A stretch of DNA of 60,425 nucleotides, filler included, from Basidiobolus meristosporus CBS 931.73 (taxonomy: Eukaryota > Fungi > Basidiobolomycota): NCBI GenBank assembly GCA_002104905.1. It is 3 parts of 3 records of this genome, joined end to end, with 100 filler letters (N's around TTAATTAATTAA, not from the genome) between each part and the next. Parts side by side here need not be neighbours in the genome. Positions count along the whole stretch, not along the records: positions 41,663 to 60,425 come from MCFE01001047.1; 2 more parts are not named here. One strand, given 5' to 3'. Positions within the stretch are counted from its first letter, which is position 1. Every line of letters starts with the position of its first letter. Shown here in pieces: positions 45,340 through 57,429 of this stretch. Made by a program: the position numbers and the translations under genes. Below the pieces are notes generated by a model. It was not told where the DNA came from. It made no database searches and saw only the letters and a list, made by a program, of their open reading frames with translations.

Positions 45340-48238
45340 AGCCATTTAAGACCTCTTTTACAGTCTGGGGCTCATCAATATGGACTCAATAGGTATAGAC
45401 TAAGTATGTGTTTCATATTTATATAGTAAATTGGGCTATTTCTGGTCCTTGTAGATCTCCTGACTGTAATATTGGAATGATCACTTCTGCAATATTCCTG
45501 GGCACTGATTCAGGCTGAATCATGGCTGTAGAGCTCTTTGGAGTGAGAAAATTATCCTTGCTTTGCTGTAACTCAATCCTGACCATTGGTGGACTTGAAA
45601 TCAGATTCTTGTCATCACCTTGTGTCATTTTTTGTGAGAATTTTGAGTTTTCATCATACAACACATCCCTGGACTGGATCAGCTTCTTTGCTTTAGTATT
45701 GAAGAGTCTTCATGCATTACTCCCAAAGCAGTAGCTTAAATATATGCAGTTTACACTTTTTGGAAGAAATTTTGACTGATTTTTGGGCAGTTTCTTGGCA
45801 AATGCTGTACACCCAAATATTCTTGGTTTGTATCCATAGCATGCCTCAAGATGGGGTTCAGCTAATATTCATTTTGTTGTAACTCCTATTTTCAAGGTAT
45901 ACAACTGTTGCAACTGATTCTGCCTACAAGTCATAGGATAACTTTTGATCATGGAACATAGATCTTGCCATATCAGTTATTGATCTGTTTGCACATTCTG
46001 CCTCTCCATTTTGCTACAAGAATATGGTAGAGTTGTCTCTTGCTTTATCCTATGAATTTTGCAGAAGTGGATCAAGAGTGTTGGGGCATATTCTCCACCA
46101 TTGTCAGAATGTATTTTCTTGATTATTTCATTAGTTTCTCTCTCCACTATGGCTTTAAGCTCCCTGAGCTTAGACTAAGCTTTGTCCTTTCTTTCCATGA
46201 AGTAGACCTATGTGTACCTTGTGTGATCATCAATAACAGTGATTAAATACACCATCACATTTAAGGATATATTGTGTATAGGCCCAAGCAGATCTGAGTT
46301 AACTGGAACTAATCTTTGTTAGTATTGATTAACCCTGAGCTCCTGAATGGTTGTCTTGCTTGCTCCCCATAAATGCAGGCTTCACAGTTCTCCAAATTAG
46401 CTGGGGAGCATTGTTTACTCCAGTAATTAGCTGAACTTTGAACATGTTGTGCCAATAATCAAAATTGATATGTCTTAATCACATGTGCCAAAGTATTAAT
46501 ATTTCTTGATTAAAGTTACTTAAAAGGCAGGTGCGCTGCGTCCTTCACTGCTTCTAGGGTGTACTTGGTTAGTTCCTTCTCCAACTGCATCAAGTGTTTT
46601 ATTGTCACCCATTAAAACCTTCCTAATTGGACTTTCTGGATATAGGTTAAAAAGCTCTTTTTGGTGTATCAAGTGTTAAAATGCTCCAGAGTCAATAAGC
46701 AAATCTGAGAATCTTTGTTTGTGCTCATATTTAGTGCAAATAGGAACAGTCCATCCTCAACTGTTGCAGCATTCCCATAATCAGGCTTTTTCTGCTGCTT
46801 ACATCTCTTTTTAAGGCCATGATCTGATGTGTTCTTTTCTTTGGCTGTATTTACAAACAGCTTAGTGTTGCTTTTAAAGGGTCTGAAGTACCTCCATTGC
46901 GGGTTATCATTGCCTACTATAACATATTCTTCTTCCTTCTTATTGGCACTTGATTTGCTTAACTTTTCATCCAGGAGCCTTGTATTGTAAAAATTTGTAA
47001 TCCCACCAGAATATTCACCTAACTTAGTCACTTTGATCATTACCTTCAGATCCTAGAGGATACTGACCAAATTCCTTGTCAGGATTTACTTATAATATTT
47101 CACCAAAATACCAGGTACCCAGAACATGAAAATCCTCAAAGTTTTCCAAACAGCCTCAAACTTTGTACACATGTTCTTGGGACCTTCCTTAGCTTATTCT
47201 ATGTGTTTGCTATATTAAGACCATGTAAAAGTATAATTACTACTTTTACATTCAGTAAATCATTAAGTGAGACCACATAATCAACTTGTCCTCCCAGTGA
47301 CTTTCAATATCTCCAAGACTCTTACAGCACCTTCCATATACTTAATTTACAGTCAAATCTTCAGTTATGGACCCAGGGCTAATACAAGACCTTGAAACCT
47401 GCCTGTCAGACTACTCAGGCTGGTAACTATCACATCCTCATCAGTAATTGATATGCCCATAGATTCCATCTCATCCATCAGTATGGTAATTTTGTTAATT
47501 GGATTTTCATTTCTTTGCCTGACAGCACTTTTGTAGTAAAGAATTTTGTCTAAGATATATTTTCTTAGCAGCTGAATATGACTAGTGTTTGTCTTCTAAT
47601 GCCTTCCAGGCATTCTTTGCTGTTTTTGCTATTGAGCATTGAATTAGCAATTTGTCTTTAACATTAAGGCAAATGCAGTGAAAGGCACTTTGATCTTTCT
47701 TCTGGCATGTTAAGACTTCCTCTCTCATGTTTCTAGCAGGGCATTCTTCTCCCATGACAGTATCTCAAAGGCCTCTTTCTTGTAGCAGCATCTTAGTCTT
47801 CACCTATCACACTTGGCAGTTAGATCCATCCAAATTTTCCACACTAAACAAAAAGGTGCAGTAACCCTTATTTATACTTTTCTGATCAAGTTTGTATAGT
47901 AAGTACTAAGAGATTCAATTAATTGAAATTCACTTGGGTGTTGATAGGTGCATAAGATAAATGAAAAATTGCATTATTAATCAGCTGATGTCTTGGCAAC
48001 TAATAAGTGGTTGGATAGATCTCAGATGACTAATCCTTTGGAAAGGCTTAGCAGATCAGTTGAGGATGTAATGCCTACTTGAAAAATGATCAGGTGTGAC
48101 AGCTAAAAATAGATTCTGAGAAGAGAAAAAATAAACCATAACAGGGATTAGTTATGTTTGGGTTAGGGAAAATCAGTTAGGTTACTAGATTTTCTAGCAG
48201 GGTGAAATTGGCTGAGTTATAAATGTTGATGCACAACA
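45340..48238 (-). mobile_element. Degenerate copia element (LTR-gag-PR-IN-start of RT)
   Basis: Protease LLIDSGAF near 46700, integrase relics at 46400-45800, LTR start TGTTGTGC at 48238. Boundaries approximate. Confidence 0.65.
46983..47329 (+). mobile_element. Solo copia LTR
   Basis: TATTGTAA...TTACAGCA, flanked by CCTTG and CCTTC (4/5 TSD). Aligns with 48885-49232. Confidence 0.8.
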
Positions 48239-48470
48239 GATAGAGCTTAGAATACTAATGACTTGGAAAAGCTTGGTAGATCATTTGAAGATGTAATGAC
48301 CACATGAGAATTGGCTAGGTGTGACAGCTAAAAATAGATTGTGAGATTGGATAAATTAAACCATAACTGGGATTGGTTATGTTTGGGTCAGGGAGAATCA
48401 ATTAGGGTGCTAGATTTTGTTACATAGTAATATTGACTAAGTTATAAATATTTATGCGGAATGGCTTGTG
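48020..48470. repeat. About 225-bp tandem duplication of LTR sequence
   Basis: ggtgtgacagctaaaaatagatt..gggatt.gttatgtttggg occurs at about 48090-48170 and about 48315-48395. Confidence 0.8.
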
Positions 48471-48799
48471 ATTGCCTGGAAGTTCCCATTAGTTCCCCCA
48501 GCCTACTGGCAATTCCAGTAACAAATCAGCTACTGCAAATGGACACCTCTCACTTCCATATACTCAGACTTTCATATATCATGCCTGGATTCCCAGGAAA
48601 CCTCTCATAGACCTAGCTAGCTAGGAGAAATAGTAGCTTTCAGCTTCTCAACTGTCATACCAGGCTTACCAGAAATATATCATTCAGACCTAGTATTCTA
48701 GGATTAACTTCAGATTGACTTGGCTTCTTTACATACTTGCCATAAGTAAATAAAGAAATCACCAACTGGTAATTTTCATTCCCCCTGCCTAACCCTAAC

Positions 48800-49546
48800 T
48801 TCACCTGGTTTGTGCTGAAGAATAGTAGTTGGAGATCTAGATGTAAAGAAATTTGATAAATATATCCTGCAGTCAGGAAAGCCCTGTTGTAAAAATTTGT
48901 AATTCCACCTAAATATTCACCTAACTTGGTTACTTAGATCATTACCTTCAGATCCTAGAGAATACTGACCAAATTCCTTGTCGGGATTTACTTAGAATAT
49001 TTTCACCAAAATACCAGATACCCAGAACATGAAAATTCTCAAAGTTGTCAAAACAGCCCCAAACTTTGCACACATGTTCTTGGGACCTTCTTTAGCCTAT
49101 TCTACATGTTTGGTATGCTAAAACCATGTAAAAGTATAAATGCTACTTTTACTTTCATTAAATCATTAAGTAAAACCACATAATCTACTTGTCTTTCCAA
49201 TGACTTACAATCTCTCCAAGACTCTTACAACAAGCCCAAGCTGGCCTATAAAAGTCCTAGGCAGATTGTTTTCAGGAATATCTGAAGCAGCACACTCCCT
49301 TTATGATGGTTTCAGCTGATATCATGTTCCCCTTATAGATGTTGTTGACATGTCAATCTTATCTCACTTACCCCCCCCATTCCCACTGAATAATGTCTTA
49401 AGCACTGAAGAGCCTTCATCTCTTATTAATTGTCTACCAACTCCCCTCAGCTACACATTCTTGTATCAATGCTACAACAGTAGCACTGGCTTCTTTGTTT
49501 CAGCTAAAATAAAGATCACACCTGGTGGGAACTGTCTCCCACCTAA
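48800..49546 (+). mobile_element. Third, older 3' fragment of the telomere-associated LINE, interrupted by a solo LTR
   Basis: SPGLC*RIVVGDLDVKKFDKYILQSGKPKLAY aligns with TPGSCWRTILGEPEVKKFAEFILQSEKPKLAY of copy 2, and the 3' part matches 19285-19560. Preceded by CCTAACCCTAAC (48788-48799) and followed by degenerate CTAA(C)CC units (49542-49573). Confidence 0.85.
48885..49232 (+). mobile_element. Solo copia LTR inserted in LINE copy 3
   Basis: TGTTGTAA...TTACAACA termini and a perfect 5-bp TSD AGCCC. Confidence 0.93.
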
Positions 49547-49719
49547 TTCTAACCCAGCAACCTAAACCTAACCAAATGGGGCTAATTTAGTTCTTACTCT
49601 GCAGCCTTACACTGGATATAATCAAGAAGATGGGCTTATTGATTGGGTATCTGCTATTTCTCTTACTATCCAATCCTGGACACTCAATCATCTCCTGTAT
49701 TTAGCAAAAATGTCAGAGT

Positions 49720-49908
49720 ACCAATCAAAATCTGCTTAGGGGTTGTTATGATCAAAAGCTTGGGCAAAGTTTTTTGTGAAATCTGAGGTGCAATTTTTTT
49801 CCAACAAGTGCTGCATGGTGTCCTAGTGGCATCAATACCTCTTAGTCACAGGATTTAAATTTTGTGACAGCCTTTTGATGGATTCATTACAATTATTTTT
49901 TGTAGGGA
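49720..49908. mobile_element. CACTA terminal fragment
   Basis: Reverse complement of 35512-35670, ending in CCCTACAAAAAATAATTG. Confidence 0.75.
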
Positions 49909-50559
49909 AAGCACAGGCAAGACTGCCTCTCTTCCTGCCAGACAATCCCCAATATCATTGATTGGGAGCCCTCTGAATATTTGCTCAAACACCACTTTGG
50001 CAGTCCTCTCTTCAGGCTGTTCTCCTTCAAAAAAGAGCTCCTCAGAAGATTACCAGTTGATTGAGGAATTTACAATCTCCCCAAATCACCAACTTCTTCA
50101 GGAAATACTATCATGAGCAAGGAGTTTTACTCCTTTCTCCACCTAATTTTAATATTGAGGATGTCCGGGATTCAAAGAAGTCCATATTCATCTTGTAATC
50201 TTGCACCTTCCCAGATATCAGAGGTCTGACCTGGCTTCTTTATTTAAAATTTAAAATAAAGATCTCACCTTTTGATATTTGTCATCCCACTAAGTACATG
50301 GTTAGAATATTCACACTAGGTGCGATCTGGTGGGTTAACAGATACAGGTGGAGACCCATGACTTAGGGTACCTAACCCTCAAATAACAAACCTCCCAGTC
50401 TAACTTCTTCTAGGCTTTGTTTGCGCATTGGCGTACACTTGGAGAAAGCTTAGGACTGCACTATGCCCCTGATAGCCTCAAAGAGCTAGCTGACTAAACT
50501 GAGGTAGCATGACACTAATCTTATGGTCGGCCACAGAGATTAACATGGCGTAAAATTAT

Positions 50560-50860
50560 GAACATGCTTCGATGGCAGGCAGTAATTGGAGTCCAGGCTC
50601 CACCCCCTTCCTCGCAAAGCTCTTTCTTTCTGTGATCTGGTTATGATCCACGTTCAGCAAGTACTTTGTTCTTTCACGCAGAACCCCGCTTGTGAAGCTT
50701 GCCGTGAGAGCAAATGATAAGGGCATGTTTGTCCCAAGGTCTGAGTCCATCTGAGGCTTCTACCCTGACGGCTATCGTGTTCAAAATACTGACCCAGATA
50801 CGTTTGTTGGAAAATGCCCTCATACATTGCTTGGATAGGCGTCCTCCATTTGAATCAAGT
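50560..50860 (-). pseudogene. Possible cullin-homology-domain relic
   Basis: IFQQTYLGQYFEHDSRQGRSLRWTQTLGQTC followed, in another frame, by FALTASFTSG..KYLLNVDHNQ. This resembles the cullin F..FY...HSGRKL.W...LG.C.L.A.F segment. Short and frameshifted. Confidence 0.3.
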
Positions 50861-51901
50861 CAAGTGCAGTCTTCAGCTACTATCATTCGTGTCAAAACGA
50901 AAGCATTTTACTCAAGCGTAATACGCCCTAGTTACTGGCCAACTATGAGGCAGAATAATTCTCGATATTTCCAGGTAGAATAATTCTCGATATTTTTATC
51001 CTATACTTAATTATAGATCAACTACGTGTGTCAATTAGGCTTCTTTTCAAATGGAATTCTCATATATTTGGTTATCAAAACGACATCTGCCGTTGCCTAC
51101 ACATCAATTAGTATATTCAAAATCAGCCATGAACTTCAAGATTTTCTTCCTGGCCACTCTCCTGACCATTCTCTGGGTCAGTTAAGCCTAAGTCGAATAC
51201 TAACTAAATGATATTCTTTATTGGGGGCCGACATAATGCGCCATTACTCCTGAATTCATCCTCGAACATTTACAAATATATGATCAATAACATCAGTACA
51301 ACGATACTAACGTAAAGTTCTCAGAAAGCTTCTCTCTTGCTCATTTACGACTAACAATCGATACTATGGACTGTGCCATGTAAAATATCACTCAGGGTAT
51401 ATCCGCTTGTCTATTTCAATAGTTAGAGCTATACATAATATCGCGTAATCTGAGGTCTGTTGGGACTAGAATTAGCCCTAAGCGACCCAACCAAGTGGCT
51501 TTTAAGACCATCTTTTCCAACACACTACTCAGGACTATTTCTCCGAGCGCCAAGCAGAACAAGGCAAGCTGCCAAGTAGCATTTCTACAAGGTTTAGCTT
51601 TTGTCCATTGAGCATATTATTATGATCGATAAATGCTCTTAGGAAATGCTCAATACATATAAGGTAATCATGTCTGACATCTCTCACAATCTTGAAGAAC
51701 AAACAGTAGGCAATGAAGGCTTATCACGACTATACTCAGAAATGAGCTACTAATTCAAGTATAATTGACTGGATTTTGTTTGCAATACCCCAATGCTTCT
51801 GTTTCCTAAATTGGCTATATTCCTATCGGTCAATATTCTCAAATCTGTTACTTGGTTGAATTAAGCTTGGCTGACAACTAATAAAAGCTGCCTCATCCTC
51901 C

Positions 51902-53521
51902 ATGCTGTTTCCTCAGAAATTCCCCACAACAACTATGAGCGAAGAAAAGCCCTTCGAAAAGTCTACCCAAGTGGAGCACATCGATGCTGCACAAGATGAT
52001 CCTCCCAACTCCGATGACATCAAGCTACGCGTTGCTGGAAAGGTCCCCCTCGCAGCCTGGTTCATCATCGTCACCGAGCTGTGCGAGCGCTTTGCCTTCT
52101 ACGGTGCCTCCCTTCTGTTCCAGCCCTACATGCTCAAGGTTCTTGGCTTCAACAAGAGCACTGCCACCGCCGTGAACAGAGGCTTCCAGTTTCTGGCCTA
52201 TTGCACCACTATTCTTGGTGCCGTCGTTGCTGACCGCTACATCGGAAAGTTCAAGACCATCGTCATATTCTCCCTCTTCTACATGGTGGGCTTGGTGTTC
52301 CTGGCAGTCAGCTCCCTCCCAGCCTCTCTGGATGGAAGCTTCGGTGTGATCGGCTTCGTGATTGCCCTGTATGTCTTCATCTCCTTCGGCACCGGCGGCA
52401 TCAAGTCCAATGTTTCCTCCTTTGCCGCTGAGCAGATCAAGGAAGGAATCTTCCCGACCAAGACCCCTGGTGTCTACACCGACTCACAGCTCACCGTTGA
52501 GCGCATCTTCCGCTTCTTCTACTGGGCCATCAACTGTGGCGCCTTGCTGGGCCAGTTCATCTGTCCCATCGTTGCCAACGACTACGGATCCTACCCCCTA
52601 GCCTACTCACTGCCAGCGATCATGTTCGTGATTGGCCTCGTGATCTTCGTGTCCGCCAAAAAGCTGTACTATGTCAAGCCTCCATCCGGCACTGTCCTCT
52701 CGAAGACCTACTCCTGCATCAAGTATGCTCTGTCCCATCGCAAGACCCCGTTGGACAATGCCAAGACCAATGGGCCCATCGAGCACTGGCTGGACTACGC
52801 CAAGGTGGATGGCTTTGAGTGGGACGATCAGTTCATCGAGGATCTCAAGAAAACCCTGCGCGCTTGCTTGGTGTTCTTGTTCTATCCCTTCTACTGGGCT
52901 CTGTACTACAACATGTCCGACAACTTCATCAACATGGGACTGACGATGCAAAGACCATCGTTCATCAGTGGGCCCGAGCAGCTGAACCTGGTCAACAGCC
53001 TTGTCCTGGTAGTTGCCATCCCTATCTTTGACACGGCCATCTTCCCATTGCTGAGAAGAATGGGCTGCCATCTTGGCCCCATCACACGCATCACCATCGG
53101 GTTCACAATTGCCACACTTGCCTTTGTCTATGTCACCGTTCTCCAAGCACAGGTCTACAAGACCGGCCCCTACTACAACTTCACCGATTTGAGTGGCCTG
53201 CCCGAGGGTGAACAACCAGTCAACGACATCTCCATCTGGTGGCAAGTGATCCCGTTCATTGGAATCTCCATCTCCGAGATCTTCGCCTCAGTCACCGGCC
53301 TGGAGTTCGCCTTCCGACAAGCCGCCCCCGAGCTCAAGTCGGTGGTGACTTCTCTTTTCCTGTTCACCAACTGTGGTGGCAGTCTGATTGGCCTGATCCT
53401 TGCAGTGTGGAGCAACGACCCCAACTTTGTGTATGTGTTCGGCATCCAAACCGGACTGATGGGAGTCATGACTGTCATCTTCTACTGGATCTTCCGGAAG
53501 TTTGATGCCATTGAGTGTTGA
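51902..53521 (+). CDS. PTR2: POT/PTR2 family proton-dependent di/tripeptide transporter, copy 1, intronless
   Basis: ELCERFAFYG (ExxER motif), LGAVVADRYIGKF, GTGGIKSNVSSFAAEQ, FYWAINCG and GLEFAF..AAP.LKS, with about 12 hydrophobic segments. The start may be Met at 51935. Confidence 0.97.
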   Translation: MLFPQKFPTTTMSEEKPFEKSTQVEHIDAAQDDPPNSDDIKLRVAGKVPLAAWFIIVTELCERFAFYGASLLFQPYMLKVLGFNKSTATAVNRGFQFLAYCTTILGAVVADRYIGKFKTIVIFSLFYMVGLVFLAVSSLPASLDGSFGVIGFVIALYVFISFGTGGIKSNVSSFAAEQIKEGIFPTKTPGVYTDSQLTVERIFRFFYWAINCGALLGQFICPIVANDYGSYPLAYSLPAIMFVIGLVIFVSAKKLYYVKPPSGTVLSKTYSCIKYALSHRKTPLDNAKTNGPIEHWLDYAKVDGFEWDDQFIEDLKKTLRACLVFLFYPFYWALYYNMSDNFINMGLTMQRPSFISGPEQLNLVNSLVLVVAIPIFDTAIFPLLRRMGCHLGPITRITIGFTIATLAFVYVTVLQAQVYKTGPYYNFTDLSGLPEGEQPVNDISIWWQVIPFIGISISEIFASVTGLEFAFRQAAPELKSVVTSLFLFTNCGGSLIGLILAVWSNDPNFVYVFGIQTGLMGVMTVIFYWIFRKFDAIEC

Positions 53522-55306
53522 TAGGAAGTGCCAGAAGGTGTTCACCTGATTGTAACATTAGTATACATAGGATGTAAAATAAAAGCAAAAGCAGTTCGTT
53601 TAATCTTGAGTGATTTCTATGATAGTTTGATAATGTTAATGTTGTCATTAAAAATTTCGCCATTGTGCTAGTAGACTGTCAAGAATCGTATTTGTTGGAC
53701 TATCTACTCTCTAAATTTCTGTAGCAAGTAGCCATCACTCGCACTTCGTGCCAATATTGCCCTTCGAAATACTTGGAGCAATCATGTGTACCTATTGCTT
53801 TAGGATGTTGCAAAATAAATACTGCATGCCAAATTCTCCAACTTTTTGATTTATTGAGGATCAAAATTGAGTAAACGAAGCTTGTTGAGAAACTAAAAGC
53901 AGATTCGCCGTCCATATTTGGATTCATGATTACTAGTGGTAAATATGATAATGCTGATCATATGTAATGCCAAAATAAAATGTCACGATGTCTGTATACG
54001 CAACGTCTCTAGGATAAAGTGGTCCTTGTGATTAGAGTCGTATAAAAATGCGGATATTGATCTATAAACTAGATACACGAGCTGCAGGACCTGTGGATAC
54101 ATCAAGTTTTTACTTCCATTCATGCTACTTCATGACTCCATGTTTGCGCAATATTGACGGTGAAATCTCGGCACATTGGCAAGCAGCACTTGTGCATATA
54201 AAATAGCATGATATCGGCAATAGATTATTTTGAAGCTACTCAACTATTGTATTCAATAGAGGTGTTTTCGATCAGATTTGGCTACCATTACATGTAGCAA
54301 TTTCACTACTTATCCATTCTTTGTAGCAAAGCAGAAGAAATCCCTGATGGGTCAGCCAAGATAATGTACCATCACTTCAGAACTGTTTATCTTATGATCA
54401 ATACTTGTGTACCATCTCATCTATGGCTGATAATCGATACTATGTAGTATTGAACTATATCTCGTACGATAAAATCCCTTATGATATATATTTAACATTC
54501 TGCTTGACTATAAGCACGATCTACTTTTTGATTACCTTGCACACATTCAACTCAACTCAACTTGCAGCGCACAAACTCTCAGAAATATGATATGTATTAT
54601 TGCGATTGACACAAGAAGTGTACTTCAGTTATGTATAGGAATGATTTCTTGCTGACAAGGAAGCATCAAATAAAGATGATCTACAACTTAATGAGATATG
54701 TGGTGTTTAGGGTTGGCCTTCTTTACTATTAATTGAATGACTTGGTTGGTAATGCATACTAAATATGCTACTCAATCTGTAATAATGATATCCAAAACTA
54801 TCTGAGATCTGTTTGACGATAAAGGACGAACCCAATATCTGGAGGTGTCAGCATTGGACCGAATAGGAAATCACAAAATGTCAATTTGTAGTGTTGGGCT
54901 GTAATCTATCACAATGGGTAAGAAAAACACTGAGAACATATTTGGTAATCATGTCTGACATCTCCCTCAATCTTGATTCGATACCCTCAAATACTCTTCT
55001 CTTTACCATATCAAAACTGAGCTTCATTATTATTACCATTGCTATACATGATTCTTATGTCAGAGTGTTGGTATAACGATCCTTCAGAAATAGTTAGCTT
55101 GTATTAGATAGTAACATTACAATTCACAGGGTGGCCACAGGTGATGCACTGCATTCCGAAACCCTCCTTTTCAAAAAAATTTCTGCACTGGTGCATTGGG
55201 ATTAATCGTCACGCAAAAGTCTACTTATTCATTTATTAGGTATACTTCACGTATGCATGCAACAGTATAATCTTGGTATAAGAGATACGCAATCAATGGT
55301 ATGGAA

Positions 55307-56613
55307 TCAATTCGTGTTCGCATGTGTGAAACGAGTAGTGGCGAAACCTAAGCATAACGAATATTAGCACAAAGAAAGCGAGGGCCTCCGTAAGCTATCA
55401 ACTTACCAACTCTCTTGTTATCTGCGTCGTATACACTATAGAACCTCTCCAGGAACGTCAGCCCCAAAATGAAATCTAAGCCTGCACCTGAGTTCGAACC
55501 TAAATCACCAAATGCAAGATAGATACCCCCAGCCTCTCCACCGATTTGAGTGTTTAATGCCCGAGGAAATATGCAGGCATTTGCAGTGAGCTCTAGTGTA
55601 GTGCCTCCAATGGTAATGAAAAGCGACTTCAGCTTGGCGAATTGGGCTGAAGTAAGCTTGGGCAACCCAGTAGCTTTATCAATCACCGCCCCTGTTGCTT
55701 TCAAGTATTTTTGGAATGCGTCTGTTGGCAGTAAGAGTAACGTTGTGCCCGAATCAACGGATCCGGCGGTAGTTGACAAGATAGGCTCAGAAGCACCATA
55801 TCGGAAGGACCCGTCAACACCCCAAAAATCCCTTGCCGGAGATGTTGCAGTGATAGGAGCATAAGCAATGCTGCCAGTGTATTTGGTCGAATCCGTGCCA
55901 CCAAACGTAATCTCACCATTCGTGGAAGTCAGCGAAGTAGATGGCTCAAATGAGAGGCTAAAAACATTGCTAGGGATTGTACCTTGTGAAAACAGGTTGT
56001 CCACAACGGTAGGGACTGTGGAGCCAGTGCTGGGAGATAACGTGCCAAGGGTTAGATCAACTGGACCTAAACCAAGTATCCCGTCGCAGTCGGTAAACCC
56101 TTGAGATGAGGAAGCTACCCAATTGATTGAGATTGAACCACCAATCCAGGCGAAATCGTCACCGTATCGCTGAACTCGGTTCCCGAGAATGAACCACTTC
56201 CATAAGTGACGGAAACCGAATCTGCAGTCTGGGTGGAGGTGCTGGTATGAACGTAGGCCTTCTGTGCTCCTACCCATGTATTGGCAGAATTGGTATCGAT
56301 CAGAAGATCATAGGAAGTAGGTGGAGTTCCGATCCCAATGGAGGCGGTATACTGTGTATATATAGGTATGCTTCATTACTATTCAGAATCGACGATATAG
56401 TGGAATGAAAAAAGTAGTTACATGGACCACATTACTTTGAGCTGGGATGCTTCCTACTGCTCTAGCATACACACTTCTACGCGATATACTGGACGCATGG
56501 GCAAATGAACGACGAATCGGAAGTGTATAAACTTCGTTTCCACGAGGAAGAACGGCACCAAAGGTTGGGTGAACAATAGCAACTGCAATGAAAAGGGTGA
56601 TTAACCTAGCCAT
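55307..56613 (-). CDS. Secreted pepsin-family (A1) aspartic protease, polyporopepsin-like; two introns, one apparent 1-nt frameshift, atypical first catalytic motif
   Basis: Signal and propeptide from ATG 56613. Introns 56421-56352 and 55406-55348. Motifs IDTNSANTW, YGSGSFSG, DGILGLG, VDSGTT and FILGLTFLERFYSVYD. GGG at 56118-56120 needs a fourth G to give QSIGVA. Confidence 0.92.
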
Positions 56614-57429
56614 AGTTGCTCCAATAGTGCCGTACTTACCGCCTGAAGAACGAAGGCCGCCAAATATAAAGGGCTCGGAGTGATACGAAAATGCAGGGGA
56701 AGCAGCCAGCCCAACAAAGTAATAATGCCGCGTGCTATTCCAGAAGAGAATTTCCCTCCACATAATAAGCAATTAATTCCGAGCATATGGGAGTGGATGT
56801 TACATTCACTGATTAATTGATAATGCACTTATCCTTCCGACCAAGCTTGGAGAGATGTACAATATGGTTAAGCTACATATGTAGTGAGAGAGTGACTTTT
56901 ATATCTTTAGAGTAGCAGCCAATTAGCCTTTAGTTTTAAAGTTAGAATAGAAATCACTGGATTTGAAGTACCACCAATTACTTACAATAAGCTCCATGGC
57001 CAAGCTGCTGGGTAATATTGCTGCTAATTTGGCCTTGCCCCGTGTGCTTACAAAACAACTATCAAAGCTTTCCGATGTCGTTGCCTAGAGGGCATGATTG
57101 GTTGTTATCTGTATTTGGATGGGGTTAGGGGTCAGGATTGGAATATGGCCAAGATCTCAAACCGATAATTACTCTAGGCAAATGCTCAGTACATAAAAGG
57201 TTAAATGATTGGCAAATCTTGATAAGTAAACAGATGACTAAAAATTGATTCAGGTTAACTATCTTCTGAAAGAGCTACCTATTTAAGTATAATTGATTGG
57301 ATTTTGCTTGAAATAAATCAGTGGGTCAACTACCTAAATTGGCTATATCCCTATCTGTCAATATTCTCAAATCTGTCACTTGGTTGAATTAAGCTTGGCT
57401 GAGAACTAATAAAAGCTGCCTCATCCTCC

